Shown: in pieces, positions 38,525 through 51,645 of the stretch
Layout of the letters: every line of letters begins with the position of its first letter
Numbering within the stretch: position 1 is the stretch's first letter
Source of the DNA: Escherichia coli
GTDB taxonomy: Bacteria; Pseudomonadota; Gammaproteobacteria; Enterobacterales; Enterobacteriaceae
Length of the DNA: 64,000 nt
Assembly: GCF_041248615.1 (NCBI RefSeq)
Contig: NZ_CP158426.1
Reading direction: 5' to 3' (one strand)
Position numbers and translations under genes: made by a program
Notes under the pieces: model-generated
Told to the model about the DNA's origin: nothing
Database searches by the model: none
Seen by the model: the letters and a program-made list of their open reading frames with translations, nothing else

Positions 38525-39798
38525 TTAACTTCCCCTTGTGTCAACGCAATATCGCGATCATCGACCTTGATAGCCGTAATTTCGTTGTCGGATTCGCGGA
38601 AAAAAATCATGAACAGCACGGCGATAATGGCAATCATCACCGCGCCAAAAGTCCACATCCCGGACCAGTTGAAAGTCAGTCCGTTTACCGGTTCCTGATA
38701 AGCGAACATCTTTTCCATCATCACACCGCCAAGACGATAGCCGAGCAAACTGCCGAAGCCCTGGCAGCAGAGCGTGATCAGCCCCTGCGCAGCGGTACGC
38801 ATATGCACGGGGGCTTTTTTATCGACATAGATGTAAGCGGTAACGTAGTAAAAATCGTAACTTACTCCATGCAGCAAAATGCCGAGGAACAGTAACGCGT
38901 AGGTGAAATATTCATCCGCACTACCGTAAATAAAGAAGCCATAGCGGATCGCAGCGGTGACCAGACCAAGTAATAATACCTTTTTGATACCAAAGCGTTT
39001 GGTGAAAAACGGCAATGCCAGCATAAAGAAGATTTCAGAGAACTGGCCGAGCGTCATCCAGCCAGTGGCGTTTTTCATACCGACTTCGGTCAGATAACCG
39101 TTGGCAAAGATGTAATAGAACGCCAGTGGCATCGCAAACAGGAATGAACAGAAGAAAAAGACGAGGAAGTTTTTATCGCGCAGCAGGATCAGCGCATCCA
39201 GGCCGAGCATGACTTTAATGTCCATTTTGCCGGTGCTTTTTGGCGGCGTGTCGGGCAGGAAAAACGCAAACACACCGAGCAGAGCAGAACTTCCGGCGGT
39301 AATCAGCAGCGGGATGTTAGTCGGAGAGATATCGGCATAACCCAGCATTTGCGGCAAAAATCCACATGCCAGACCAGAGGCAATCCAGCCGATAGTGCCC
39401 ATCACACGAATGCGTGGGAAATCACGCTCCACATCCGGCACGTTGGCAAAAGCGATACTGTTAGTCAGCGCAATGGTCGGCATATAGGTTAGCGAGTAGG
39501 CCAGCAGTAACGGGAAGAACCCGGCAAAAGTGGTCTGTTGCGCAGCGAAATACATCAGCGCCGCACCAGCGAACATCAATACCGCCAGCACTTTCTGCGC
39601 CGAGAAAAAGCGGTCAGTGATGGAGCCAACCAGAATTGGCGACAGGATCGCCGCAATGGCGGTACAGGCATACGACCAGCCAATTTCTCCGGCACTAAAA
39701 CCGCTTTTACTTAACCACAACCACAATGGCACAAACCACGCGCCCCAGATAAACCATTCAACAAACATCATGAACGACAGCTTTGCTGTTGTTTTCAT
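38521..39798 (-). CDS. yegT: NupG/XapB-like MFS nucleoside transporter YegT
   Basis: 425 aa, about 12 hydrophobic segments. First gene of yegTUV. Confidence 0.9.
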   Translation of the reverse strand: MKTTAKLSFMMFVEWFIWGAWFVPLWLWLSKSGFSAGEIGWSYACTAIAAILSPILVGSITDRFFSAQKVLAVLMFAGAALMYFAAQQTTFAGFFPLLLAYSLTYMPTIALTNSIAFANVPDVERDFPRIRVMGTIGWIASGLACGFLPQMLGYADISPTNIPLLITAGSSALLGVFAFFLPDTPPKSTGKMDIKVMLGLDALILLRDKNFLVFFFCSFLFAMPLAFYYIFANGYLTEVGMKNATGWMTLGQFSEIFFMLALPFFTKRFGIKKVLLLGLVTAAIRYGFFIYGSADEYFTYALLFLGILLHGVSYDFYYVTAYIYVDKKAPVHMRTAAQGLITLCCQGFGSLLGYRLGGVMMEKMFAYQEPVNGLTFNWSGMWTFGAVMIAIIAVLFMIFFRESDNEITAIKVDDRDIALTQGEVK

Positions 39799-40054
39799 CT
39801 TTTAATTCCTTCATGACAGGTAATGTAAGGTACGCGATGACAACACCATTTAATAATACCTTTTAAATACCTTTGCGGTGAAAACTTGACCGCGGTAACA
39901 TTTTTTCTGATGAATCGAGCCAACAGAAAACGCTGAAAAAACATCCAAAAGATGGAAAAACTCGCCTGTAACGACCAGGATTATGATTGCCCGCAAAAGG
40001 CGGGCCAGGACAATCCATAGCCGATATCCAATCGGAATTTACGGGAGCATAGTA

Positions 40055-41107
40055 ATGACAGATATTGCGCAGTTGCTTGGCAAAGACGCCGACAACCTTT
40101 TACAGCACCGTTGTATGACTATTCCTTCTGACCAGCTTTATCTCCCCGGACATGACTACGTAGACCGCGTGATGATTGACAATAATCGCCCGCCAGCGGT
40201 GTTACGTAATATGCAGACGTTGTACAACACTGGGCGTCTGGCTGGCACAGGATATCTTTCTATTCTGCCCGTTGACCAGGGCGTTGAGCACTCTGCCGGA
40301 GCTTCATTTGCCGCTAACCCGCTCTACTTTGACCCGAAAAACATTGTTGAACTGGCGATCGAAGCGGGCTGTAACTGTGTGGCGTCAACTTACGGCGTGC
40401 TGGCGTCGGTATCGCGGCGTTACGCGCATCGCATTCCATTCCTCGTCAAACTTAATCACAACGAGACGCTAAGTTACCCGAATACCTACGATCAAACGCT
40501 GTATGCCAGCGTGGAGCAGGCGTTCAACATGGGCGCGGTGGCGGTTGGTGCGACTATCTATTTTGGCTCGGAAGAGTCACGTCGCCAGATTGAAGAAATT
40601 TCTGCGGCTTTTGAACGTGCGCACGAGCTGGGCATGGTGACTGTGCTGTGGGCCTATTTGCGTAACTCCGCCTTTAAGAAAGATGGCGTTGATTACCATG
40701 TTTCCGCCGACCTGACTGGTCAGGCGAACCATCTTGCGGCAACCATAGGTGCAGATATCGTCAAACAAAAAATGGCGGAAAATAACGGCGGCTATAAAGC
40801 AATTAATTACGGTTATACCGACGATCGCGTGTACAGCAAGTTAACCAGCGAAAACCCGATTGATCTGGTGCGTTATCAGTTAGCTAACTGCTATATGGGC
40901 CGGGCTGGGTTGATAAACTCCGGCGGTGCTGCAGGCGGTGAAACTGACCTCAGCGATGCAGTGCGTACTGCGGTTATCAACAAACGCGCTGGCGGAATGG
41001 GGCTGATTCTTGGACGTAAGGCGTTCAAGAAATCGATGGCTGACGGCGTGAAACTGATTAACGCCGTGCAGGACGTTTATCTCGATAGCAAAATTACTAT
41101 CGCCTGA
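40055..41107 (+). CDS. fbaB: Class I fructose-bisphosphate aldolase
   Basis: ORF 39983..41107, start taken at [20 protein letters not shown] (350 aa). Confidence 0.93.
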
Positions 41108-41191
41108 TACGCCTTATACGAACAGCACTACCCCGTATGACGGAAAAGGCGTTTACGTCGCATCCGGCATAAAAACACGCGCACTTTGCTA

Positions 41192-41220
41192 CGGCTTCCC
41201 TATCGGGAGGCCGTTTTTTT
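41192..41220 (+). terminator. Intrinsic terminator after fbaB
   Basis: GGCTTCCC/GGGAGGCC stem (one G-U pair) followed by GTTTTTTT. Confidence 0.8.
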
Positions 41221-41280
41221 GCCTGTCATTCTGATTAATTTTCGAATTGTCGTTTTTGTGATCGTTATCTCGAGATTTAA

Positions 41281-43480
<2,200 letters not shown>

Positions 43481-43489
43481 GGACGGTAT

Positions 43490-43942
43490 ATGACTAACCT
43501 GTTTGTTCGTAGCGGAATTTCTTTTGTCGATCGTAGCGAAGTTTTAACCCATATCGGTACTGAGATGCTCGCGAAAGGTGTGGTTCATGATACCTGGCCA
43601 CAGGCATTAATTGCCAGAGAAGCAGAATTCCCTACCGGGATAATGCTTGAGCAGCACGCCATTGCAATACCGCATTGTGAGGCGATTCATGCTAAGTCGT
43701 CAGCCATTTATCTGTTAAGGCCAGCAAATAAAGTTCATTTTCAGCAAGCGGATGATGATAATGACGTGGCGGTATCGTTGGTTATTGCGTTGATTGTGGA
43801 AAATCCGCAGCAGCAATTGAAACTTTTACGCTGTTTATTTGGCAAGTTACAACAGCCCGATATCGTCGAGACACTAATCACTCTTCATGAAACCCAGTTA
43901 AAGGAATACTTCACAAAGTATGTTTTAGATTCAGACGAATAA
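43490..43942 (+). CDS. gatA: Galactitol PTS EIIA
   Basis: 150 aa with the active-site His context AIPHCE. Confidence 0.93.
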   Translation: MTNLFVRSGISFVDRSEVLTHIGTEMLAKGVVHDTWPQALIAREAEFPTGIMLEQHAIAIPHCEAIHAKSSAIYLLRPANKVHFQQADDDNDVAVSLVIALIVENPQQQLKLLRCLFGKLQQPDIVETLITLHETQLKEYFTKYVLDSDE

Positions 43943-43972
43943 ATCCCTCTGTAACAATAAAAAGGACTATTT

Positions 43973-44257
43973 ATGAAACGCAAGATTATTGTCGCTTGCG
44001 GAGGCGCGGTTGCGACCTCTACGATGGCGGCGGAAGAAATTAAAGAGTTGTGTCAGAGTCATAATATTCCTGTTGAATTAATCCAGTGTCGGGTTAATGA
44101 AATAGAGACCTATATGGATGGTGTGCATTTGATATGTACTACCGCCAAAGTTGACCGTAGTTTTGGCGATATTCCGTTAGTTCACGGCATGCCTTTTGTT
44201 TCTGGTGTCGGTATCGAAGCATTACAAAATAAAATTCTGACTATCTTACAGGGGTGA
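43973..44257 (+). CDS. gatB: Galactitol PTS EIIB
   Basis: 94 aa, [16 protein letters not shown] (active-site Cys). Confidence 0.93.
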   Translation: MKRKIIVACGGAVATSTMAAEEIKELCQSHNIPVELIQCRVNEIETYMDGVHLICTTAKVDRSFGDIPLVHGMPFVSGVGIEALQNKILTILQG

Positions 44258-44260
44258 CCT

Positions 44261-45616
44261 ATGTTTTCAGAAGTCATGCGTTATATTCTCGACCTCGGCC
44301 CTACGGTGATGCTGCCGATTGTCATCATTATTTTTTCTAAAATATTAGGCATGAAGGCAGGCGATTGCTTTAAAGCGGGTCTGCATATCGGGATTGGCTT
44401 TGTTGGCATTGGCCTTGTGATTGGCTTAATGCTGGATTCCATTGGTCCGGCGGCGAAAGCGATGGCGGAAAATTTCGACCTGAATCTGCATGTGGTCGAT
44501 GTCGGCTGGCCGGGCTCTTCACCAATGACCTGGGCGTCGCAAATTGCGCTGGTGGCGATTCCGATTGCGATTCTGGTTAACGTGGCGATGCTACTGACCC
44601 GTATGACGCGGGTGGTAAATGTTGATATCTGGAATATCTGGCATATGACCTTCACCGGCGCATTGCTGCATCTGGCAACCGGTTCATGGATGATAGGGAT
44701 GGCGGGTGTGGTAATTCACGCGGCGTTTGTTTATAAGCTCGGCGACTGGTTTGCCCGCGATACCCGAAATTTCTTTGAGCTGGAAGGCATTGCTATTCCG
44801 CACGGTACGTCGGCGTATCTGGGGCCAATTGCGGTGCTGGTGGATGCTATCATCGAGAAAATCCCAGGCGTTAACCGTATTAAATTTAGCGCCGACGATA
44901 TTCAGCGCAAATTTGGTCCGTTTGGCGAGCCTGTCACCGTGGGTTTTGTGATGGGGCTGATTATCGGCATCCTCGCGGGTTACGATGTCAAAGGTGTATT
45001 GCAGCTGGCGGTAAAAACGGCGGCAGTTATGCTGTTGATGCCACGGGTGATTAAACCCATCATGGATGGTTTAACGCCTATCGCTAAGCAGGCCCGTAGT
45101 CGTTTACAGGCGAAGTTCGGCGGTCAGGAGTTCCTGATTGGCCTTGATCCGGCGTTGCTGCTGGGGCATACGGCGGTGGTATCGGCAAGCCTGATTTTTA
45201 TCCCGCTCACCATTTTAATTGCTGTTTGTGTTCCGGGTAATCAGGTACTGCCGTTTGGCGACCTTGCCACCATCGGTTTCTTTGTGGCGATGGCGGTCGC
45301 CGTGCATCGTGGAAATCTGTTCCGCACCTTAATCTCGGGTGTCATCATTATGAGCATCACCCTGTGGATCGCGACGCAAACTATTGGTTTGCACACCCAA
45401 CTGGCGGCTAACGCTGGGGCGTTAAAAGCCGGAGGCATGGTGGCATCAATGGATCAGGGCGGTTCTCCCATTACCTGGTTACTGATTCAGGTTTTCTCCC
45501 CGCAAAATATTCCCGGTTTCATTATTATCGGTGCCATTTATCTTACCGGTATTTTCATGACCTGGCGTAGAGCGCGCGGCTTTATTAAACAAGAGAAAGC
45601 CGTTCTCGCAGAATAA
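44261..45616 (+). CDS. gatC: Galactitol PTS EIIC
   Basis: 451 aa polytopic membrane protein. Confidence 0.95.
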   Translation: MFSEVMRYILDLGPTVMLPIVIIIFSKILGMKAGDCFKAGLHIGIGFVGIGLVIGLMLDSIGPAAKAMAENFDLNLHVVDVGWPGSSPMTWASQIALVAIPIAILVNVAMLLTRMTRVVNVDIWNIWHMTFTGALLHLATGSWMIGMAGVVIHAAFVYKLGDWFARDTRNFFELEGIAIPHGTSAYLGPIAVLVDAIIEKIPGVNRIKFSADDIQRKFGPFGEPVTVGFVMGLIIGILAGYDVKGVLQLAVKTAAVMLLMPRVIKPIMDGLTPIAKQARSRLQAKFGGQEFLIGLDPALLLGHTAVVSASLIFIPLTILIAVCVPGNQVLPFGDLATIGFFVAMAVAVHRGNLFRTLISGVIIMSITLWIATQTIGLHTQLAANAGALKAGGMVASMDQGGSPITWLLIQVFSPQNIPGFIIIGAIYLTGIFMTWRRARGFIKQEKAVLAE

Positions 45617-45663
45617 TTTTTACCTGAGGGGGAGTTTATCCCCCTTAATAATCAGGAGTTTTT

Positions 45664-46704
45664 ATGAAATCAGTGGTGAATGATACTGATGGTATCGTGC
45701 GCGTTGCCCAACGAGTCATTCCTGAAATTAAACATCAGGATGAGGTGCGGGTAAAAATTGCCAGCTCGGGATTATGTGGTTCCGATTTACCCAGAATATT
45801 TAAAAATGGTGCACATTATTATCCAATAACGTTAGGTCATGAATTTAGCGGCTATATTGATGCGGTGGGATCCGGTGTTGATGATTTACATCCTGGCGAT
45901 GCGGTTGCCTGTGTGCCGTTATTACCCTGTTTTACTTGTCCAGAGTGTTTGAAAGGGTTTTATTCCCAGTGCGCAAAATATGATTTTATTGGCTCGCGGC
46001 GTGATGGTGGATTTGCTGAGTATATTGTCGTTAACCGAAAAAATGTCTTTGCTCTACCCACGGATATGCCTATTGAGGATGGGGCTTTTATTGAACCGAT
46101 TACCGTTGGCCTGCATGCTTTCCATTTAGCGCAAGGTTGTGAGAATAAAAACGTTATTATTATTGGTGCCGGAACCATTGGCCTGCTGGCAATTCAGTGC
46201 GCTGTCGCGCTGGGAGCAAAGAGTGTGACGGCTATCGACATTAGCTCAGAAAAACTGGCACTGGCAAAATCTTTCGGTGCGATGCAAACATTTAACAGCC
46301 TTGAAATGAGCGCGCCGCAAATGCAGGGCGTTTTACGCGAGCTGCGCTTTAATCAGCTTATCCTCGAGACGGCTGGCGTCCCGCAAACCGTCGAACTGGC
46401 GGTAGAGATTGCCGGGCCTCATGCCCAGCTGGCGCTGGTGGGTACGTTGCATCAAGATTTGCATTTAACATCGGCAACGTTTGGCAAAATATTACGTAAA
46501 GAGCTGACGGTTATCGGCAGTTGGATGAACTACTCCAGCCCTTGGCCGGGGCAGGAGTGGGAAACGGCGAGCCGGTTGCTGACAGAACGTAAGTTAAGCC
46601 TGGAGCCATTAATCGCTCACCGTGGAAGCTTTGAAAGCTTCGCCCAGGCGGTGCGTGACATCGCTCGTAATGCTATGCCGGGCAAAGTGTTGCTTATTCC
46701 CTGA
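45664..46704 (+). CDS. gatD: Galactitol-1-phosphate 5-dehydrogenase (Zn-ADH family)
   Basis: 346 aa with GLCGSDLP, GHEFSG and GAGTIGL motifs. Confidence 0.95.
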   Translation: MKSVVNDTDGIVRVAQRVIPEIKHQDEVRVKIASSGLCGSDLPRIFKNGAHYYPITLGHEFSGYIDAVGSGVDDLHPGDAVACVPLLPCFTCPECLKGFYSQCAKYDFIGSRRDGGFAEYIVVNRKNVFALPTDMPIEDGAFIEPITVGLHAFHLAQGCENKNVIIIGAGTIGLLAIQCAVALGAKSVTAIDISSEKLALAKSFGAMQTFNSLEMSAPQMQGVLRELRFNQLILETAGVPQTVELAVEIAGPHAQLALVGTLHQDLHLTSATFGKILRKELTVIGSWMNYSSPWPGQEWETASRLLTERKLSLEPLIAHRGSFESFAQAVRDIARNAMPGKVLLIP

Positions 46705-46709
46705 AACCG

Positions 46710-46740
46710 CGGGCCAGCGTGATGCTGGCCCGGTATTGTG
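46710..46740 (+). terminator. Hairpin after gatD
   Basis: 9-bp stem CGGGCCAGC/GCTGGCCCG with a GTGAT loop and a weak U tract. Confidence 0.5.
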
Positions 46741-46803
46741 CAAAACAGATCATTCACCAATGGTCCCCCTTCGTTTACACTAGCCACAATTGAATATGGG
46801 TAA

Positions 46804-47583
46804 ATGACGATGAATTCATTCGAGCGAAGGAATAAGATCATCCAATTAGTGAATGAACAGGGAACCGTGCTTGTTCAGGATCTGGCGGGAGTATTTGCTG
46901 CCTCGGAAGCGACAATCCGTGCCGATTTGCGCTTTCTCGAACAAAAAGGCGTGGTTACGCGCTTTCATGGCGGTGCGGCGAAAATAATGTCCGGTAATAG
47001 TGAAACCGAGACCCAGGAAGTTGGGTTTAAAGAGCGATTTCAGCTCGCCAGCGCGCCAAAAAACAGAATAGCGCAGGCGGCAGTCAAAATGATCCACGAA
47101 GGGATGACCGTTATTCTCGACAGCGGAAGTACGACAATGCTTATCGCCGAAGGATTAATGACCGCCAAAAATATCACGGTGATTACCAACAGTCTCCCGG
47201 CAGCATTTGCCCTTTCCGAAAATAAAGACATTACTCTGGTCGTCTGTGGTGGGACCGTCCGCCATAAAACACGCTCGATGCATGGTTCCATTGCCGAGCG
47301 TTCATTGCAGGATATTAATGCCGATTTAATGTTTGTCGGTGCTGATGGTATTGATGCGGTTAATGGTATTACGACCTTTAATGAAGGTTATTCGATTAGC
47401 GGGGCGATGGTTACAGCCGCAAATAAAGTGATTGCCGTTCTCGATTCATCGAAATTTAATCGTCGCGGTTTTAATCAGGTACTGCCAATCGAAAAAATTG
47501 ACATTATTATTACCGATGATGCCGTGTCAGAGGTGGATAAACTGGCATTGCAGAAGACACGGGTGAAATTAATTACGGTGTAG
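46804..47583 (+). CDS. gatR: DeoR-family galactitol repressor GatR (uninterrupted)
   Basis: 259-aa continuous ORF with an N-terminal HTH (RRNKIIQLVNEQGTVLVQDLAGVFAASEATIRADL). Confidence 0.9.
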   Translation: MTMNSFERRNKIIQLVNEQGTVLVQDLAGVFAASEATIRADLRFLEQKGVVTRFHGGAAKIMSGNSETETQEVGFKERFQLASAPKNRIAQAAVKMIHEGMTVILDSGSTTMLIAEGLMTAKNITVITNSLPAAFALSENKDITLVVCGGTVRHKTRSMHGSIAERSLQDINADLMFVGADGIDAVNGITTFNEGYSISGAMVTAANKVIAVLDSSKFNRRGFNQVLPIEKIDIIITDDAVSEVDKLALQKTRVKLITV

Positions 47584-47594
47584 TATTGCTCTGT

Positions 47595-47628
47595 ATGCCG
47601 GATAAAGTTTTTACACCGCATCCGGCAT
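47595..47628. repeat. REP-like palindrome between the convergent gatR and yegS genes
   Basis: ATGCCGGAT...ATCCGGCAT 9-bp inverted repeat, typical REP sequence. Confidence 0.7.
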
Positions 47629-47664
47629 TACGGATTCTCCCTGGTTCAAGAGAGAATAGTGTGA

Positions 47665-48564
47665 TTAACGCAACAATGGGCAATCTGGTGGTAATCGACA
47701 ACGCAACGCCGCCGGAAGTATTTCAATATGAAAGTTTTGTCCGCTCAACGGTTCGCCATCAAGATTAAAAGTGATTTCGTGTGGGGCTTGTATATCAAAC
47801 CACGACGAAGCGCCTTCGATAATATTCGGGTTATCTTCGTCAGATTTTAATGTTGATACGAGAGCCGGAAGAATTTCATCGCCGGTAAAAATGCGCAGTT
47901 GCAGCAAGCCATCGTTAATTAACGCGTTCGGGCACAATTGCTGACCGCCACCGGCCTGACGCCCGTTACCAATACCAATGACCAGGGCGTCACCTTGCCA
48001 GTGAAAGTTTTCACCGCGGATCTCACAACGGTCCGGTTGCAGAGTATCCATGCGCATTAAGCCATGAATGATGTAAGAGACGCCACCCAGCGCGGCTTTT
48101 AATTTTTCCGGCGTTTCTGTGGTAATACGCGTCCCAAATCCGCCTGTCGCCATATTAATAAAACAGGTTTGTTTGTTGACCTGCGCCATATCTATCGCAA
48201 TGGCGTCACCGGCAATTGCCAGTTTCAGCGCCTTATCCAGTGCCTCAGGAATCCTTACACTGGTGGCAAAATCATTGGCGGTTCCTAATGGCAAAATTCC
48301 TAGCGCGGGTATGTCATCCCCCTCACACTGAATCAACGCCGTAGAAACTTCATTAATGGTGCCATCGCCACCACCGGCAATCACCGTTGCGACGCCCAAC
48401 TTCCGGGCCTCCTCTACATATCGTGCGGCATCGCCTTTCTCCCAGGTGACCCGCACATGGATCGTCATTCCTTCCTCACGCAACAGCATAATTGCTTCGC
48501 GCAAGGGTAGATTGTCAGTGCTTTTGCCATTAAGAATCAGTAAGCTGGCGGGAATTTCTGCCAT
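47665..48564 (-). CDS. yegS: Lipid kinase YegS (DAGK catalytic-domain family)
   Basis: 299 aa with GGDGT motif ([12 protein letters not shown]). Confidence 0.93.
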   Translation of the reverse strand: MAEIPASLLILNGKSTDNLPLREAIMLLREEGMTIHVRVTWEKGDAARYVEEARKLGVATVIAGGGDGTINEVSTALIQCEGDDIPALGILPLGTANDFATSVRIPEALDKALKLAIAGDAIAIDMAQVNKQTCFINMATGGFGTRITTETPEKLKAALGGVSYIIHGLMRMDTLQPDRCEIRGENFHWQGDALVIGIGNGRQAGGGQQLCPNALINDGLLQLRIFTGDEILPALVSTLKSDEDNPNIIEGASSWFDIQAPHEITFNLDGEPLSGQNFHIEILPAALRCRLPPDCPLLR

Positions 48565-48978
48565 GATCGTATGTGCCTTTATGATTGGTCTGTAGATAGT
48601 GTAGAGCAGAAAAGAAAAGGTGGAGTCAGAACAGGATGAAAGTCGGAGGATAAAAAGTCAGTTCAAGTATGGGGGATTCAGTGGTTACCACCAGGAGCTT
48701 GCAATGGGGACAGCGAATACTAACGGCAGCCACCGATAAATTTCAAAAAAGAGCATATACCTAATATTCAACTAAACAGTGGCATCTTCAATATACTATT
48801 AAAAATATATTAACCCCCCCATGGGGTTACCCGGAAGGGCATCCGTGTATGTAATTCCTACTTATGTAGGAAATGTTGTACAGAACATTTATTATAATCC
48901 TATTCAATTATAATAATCATGCCATTATTATATTTAAACACCAGAGCGTGTCGTTGGTATTTAATGGGGGAAGGTGAG

Positions 48979-49296
48979 ATGAAAAAGATAGCTGCTATAT
49001 CATTAATTAGTATTTTTCTTATGTCTGGTTGTGCTGTGCATAATGATGAGACAAGTATCGGTAAATTTGGTCTTGCATATAAAAGTAATATTCAGCGTAA
49101 ACTCGATAACCAATACTACACCGAAGCCGAAGCTTCTTTAGCCAGGGGCAGAATATCTGGTGCAGAAAATATAGTAAAAAATGATGCAGCTCATTTCTGT
49201 GTTACTCAGGGCAAAAAAATGCAGATAGTTGACCTGAAGACAGAAGGTGCAGGATTACATGGCGTCGCTCGTCTGACATTCAAATGTGGAGAGTGA
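48979..49296 (+). CDS. yegR: Small lipoprotein YegR
   Basis: ORF 48919..49296, start taken at MKKIAAISLISIFLMSGC (lipobox LMSGC), 105 aa, GGTGAG SD upstream. Confidence 0.8.
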   Translation: MKKIAAISLISIFLMSGCAVHNDETSIGKFGLAYKSNIQRKLDNQYYTEAEASLARGRISGAENIVKNDAAHFCVTQGKKMQIVDLKTEGAGLHGVARLTFKCGE

Positions 49297-49453
49297 GAAT
49301 ATTTTTGGTAAGCGTCAAACATGCGCGTTCTGGTTGTGCTTAGCCGGAACCTGTGCGAGCACGATGCCGTTACGTGAAAGGCATCGTGCTATGAAGAGAG
49401 ATTCTATCGATGTGGTCAATGGAAGACGGTGACCAGGGATAGGGCTTATGCAT

Positions 49454-49540
49454 AAAAAATAAGCCCGTGTAAGGGAGATTACACAGGCTAAGGAGGTGGT
49501 TCCTGGTACAGCTAGCATTTTATGGGTTATGTTTTTCAGC
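49454..49540 (-). ncRNA. cyaR: CyaR (RyeE) Hfq-dependent sRNA
   Basis: The complement reads GCTGAAAAACATAACCCATAAAATGCTAGCTGTACCAGGAACCACCTCCTTAGCCTGTGTAATCTCCCTTACACGGGCTTATTTTTT. This matches my recollection of CyaR, including the terminator. Confidence 0.88.
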
Positions 49541-49574
49541 GAAACGGATGATAACCTTAATAAATGCAGCTGTA

Positions 49575-49590
49575 TGTGATCGGTTTCTAA
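49575..49590 (-). promoter_or_regulatory. Probable class II CRP site of the cyaR promoter
   Basis: TGTGA-TCGGTT-TCTAA centred about 42 nt upstream of the cyaR 5' end. -10 TATCAT lies on the complement of 49548-53. Confidence 0.55.
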
Positions 49591-49624
49591 GAATTTTCCA
49601 TCCGGGAAAAATAATCGAAATTAA

Positions 49625-50986
49625 TCACTTACCGTGGGGGTTACGCGTGGTTTCCCCGGAGAAATTACGCATCAGCAGCGCGTAATTTAGCTCAAGATCC
49701 TGCGGCACCGGGATCCACACAGTATAACCATCGCCCGGTGCGACCGGCATTGCTTCGCCTTTGGCGTTTTCCATGTGCTCAAGGGTAAAGTTAATGTTCC
49801 CTTGCGGCGTCATCAGCTCAAGGCTGTCGCCAACGGAGAATTTATTTTTCACCGCTACCGCCGCGAGGTCGCCCTTGCGCTCACTGGTAAACTCACCAAC
49901 AAACTGCTGGCGGTCAGAAACTGAATAACCGTATTCGTAGTTCTGATAATCGTCGTGAGTATGACGACGCAGGAAACCTTCGGTATAGCCACGATGCGCC
50001 AGACCTTCCAGGGTTTCCAGCAGGCTGGTATCGAATGGTTTTCCCGCAGCTGCGTCATCGATAGCTTTACGGTAAACCTGCGCGGTGCGTGCGCAATAGT
50101 AGAAAGATTTGGTACGGCCTTCGATTTTCAGCGAATGCACGCCCATTTTGGTCAGGCGTTCAACATGGGCGATGGCGCGCAGATCTTTCGAGTTCATGAT
50201 GTAAGTGCCGTGCTCATCTTCAAACGCGGTCATATACTCGCCCGGACGCTGGGCTTCTTCGATCATAAACACTTTGTCGGTTGGTGCGCCGATCCCCAGC
50301 GTCGGTTCAACGTTTTGCACCGGAATCGGTTCGTACTTGTGTACGATGTTGCCGACGTCATCTTCTTTCCCTTCCTGGACGTTATACTCCCAGCGGCAGG
50401 CGTTGGTGCAGGTGCCCTGGTTCGGGTCGCGCTTGTTGATATAGCCAGAGAGCAGGCAGCGACCGGAGTAGGCCATGCACAGCGCGCCGTGAACGAAGAT
50501 TTCGATCTCCATATCTGGCACCTGATTGCGGATCTCTTCAATCTCTTCCAGTGACAGTTCGCGAGAGAGGATCACGCGGGTCAGACCCATTTGCTGCCAG
50601 AATTTCACCGTCGCCCAGTTCACGGCGTTAGCCTGTACTGAGAGATGGATCGGCATTTCAGGGAAGTGCTCGCGCACCAGCATAATCAGCCCTGGATCAG
50701 ACATAATCAGCGCATCCGGCCCCATTTCCACCACCGGTTTCAGGTCACGGATAAAGGTTTTCAGCTTGGCGTTGTGCGGTGCAATGTTGACCACGACATA
50801 AAACTTTTTCCCCAGCGCGTGGGCTTCATTGATGCCGAGCTGAAGATTTTCGTGGTTAAATTCGTTGTTGCGCACACGCAGGGAGTAACGCGGCTGGCCC
50901 GCATAAACAGCATCTGCGCCATAAGCGAAAGCGTAACGCATATTTTTCAGCGTTCCCGCCGGGGAAAGGAGTTCCGGTTTAAACAT
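49625..50986 (-). CDS. yegQ: U32-family peptidase-like protein YegQ (TrhP)
   Basis: 453 aa, MFKPELLSPAGTLKNMRYAFAYGADAVYAG (U32 family N-terminus). Confidence 0.93.
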   Translation of the reverse strand: MFKPELLSPAGTLKNMRYAFAYGADAVYAGQPRYSLRVRNNEFNHENLQLGINEAHALGKKFYVVVNIAPHNAKLKTFIRDLKPVVEMGPDALIMSDPGLIMLVREHFPEMPIHLSVQANAVNWATVKFWQQMGLTRVILSRELSLEEIEEIRNQVPDMEIEIFVHGALCMAYSGRCLLSGYINKRDPNQGTCTNACRWEYNVQEGKEDDVGNIVHKYEPIPVQNVEPTLGIGAPTDKVFMIEEAQRPGEYMTAFEDEHGTYIMNSKDLRAIAHVERLTKMGVHSLKIEGRTKSFYYCARTAQVYRKAIDDAAAGKPFDTSLLETLEGLAHRGYTEGFLRRHTHDDYQNYEYGYSVSDRQQFVGEFTSERKGDLAAVAVKNKFSVGDSLELMTPQGNINFTLEHMENAKGEAMPVAPGDGYTVWIPVPQDLELNYALLMRNFSGETTRNPHGK

Positions 50987-51133
50987 AATTCTCTCGTTCT
51001 GATGACAGGTCAGATCCGCTTCACCTGATGAAGCGGCCAGGGGAGTGCCCCCACTTTAAGGGCGGGCATTGTAGCGCTGTAGGGGGGAGCTGGTAAAGCG
51101 CCGGACGCCAACAACCCACGCCCGGCATCGTAA

Positions 51134-51466
51134 TTACGTATTGTCTTTCACCGTCTGGCTTGTGCCATTGGCTTTAACGGAGGCAATTCCGGTTTCACGA
51201 GATTGCGCGGTGGCGTACATCTGGCTGGAGCCGATAATTTGATGATTAGCGGCTTTCAGATTGAAATAGAATTTGCCGTTGCTTGCCGTTTTTTTCTCAT
51301 AGCGTTCTTCTTGCGGGCTGTTGCTACGCACCGACGCGATGCCCTTTTCCGCAGAGGCTTTTGAGGTATACAGCTCGCTGGTAAGGATAGTCTCACCATT
51401 GCCCGCTTTTAGCACAAACCGAAATTGATTATCACTGCTTTTACTGAGTTCAAACCAACCAGCCAT
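51134..51466 (-). CDS. yegP: DUF1508 tandem-repeat protein YegP
   Basis: ORF 51134..51505, start at MAGWFELSKSSDNQFRF (110 aa). Two internal repeats (FRFVLKAGNGE / FYFNLKAANHQ). Confidence 0.88.
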   Translation of the reverse strand: MAGWFELSKSSDNQFRFVLKAGNGETILTSELYTSKASAEKGIASVRSNSPQEERYEKKTASNGKFYFNLKAANHQIIGSSQMYATAQSRETGIASVKANGTSQTVKDNT

Positions 51467-51645
51467 AATGACTCCTTGATTGAAATTGCGTATCGAAAAC
51501 AGCATCTAAAAGGACTGTTTACCGATTAAAGTATGAGCGATTTTCTGGTGCCTGCCAGGGCGGAGAGATAATGTCAGTTTGCTGACCATGCGTGGGATTA
51601 TGTTGCCGGATGCGGCGTGAATGCCTTCTCCGGCAGGTAAAAATG

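Noticed and set aside
38443-38895. 150-aa plus-strand ORF
   Set aside because: It is antisense to the yegU/yegT junction and yegT coding sequence, with no motifs. It is a shadow ORF.
49955-50554. 199-aa plus-strand ORF
   Set aside because: It is antisense to yegQ, with no start context or motifs. It is a shadow ORF.
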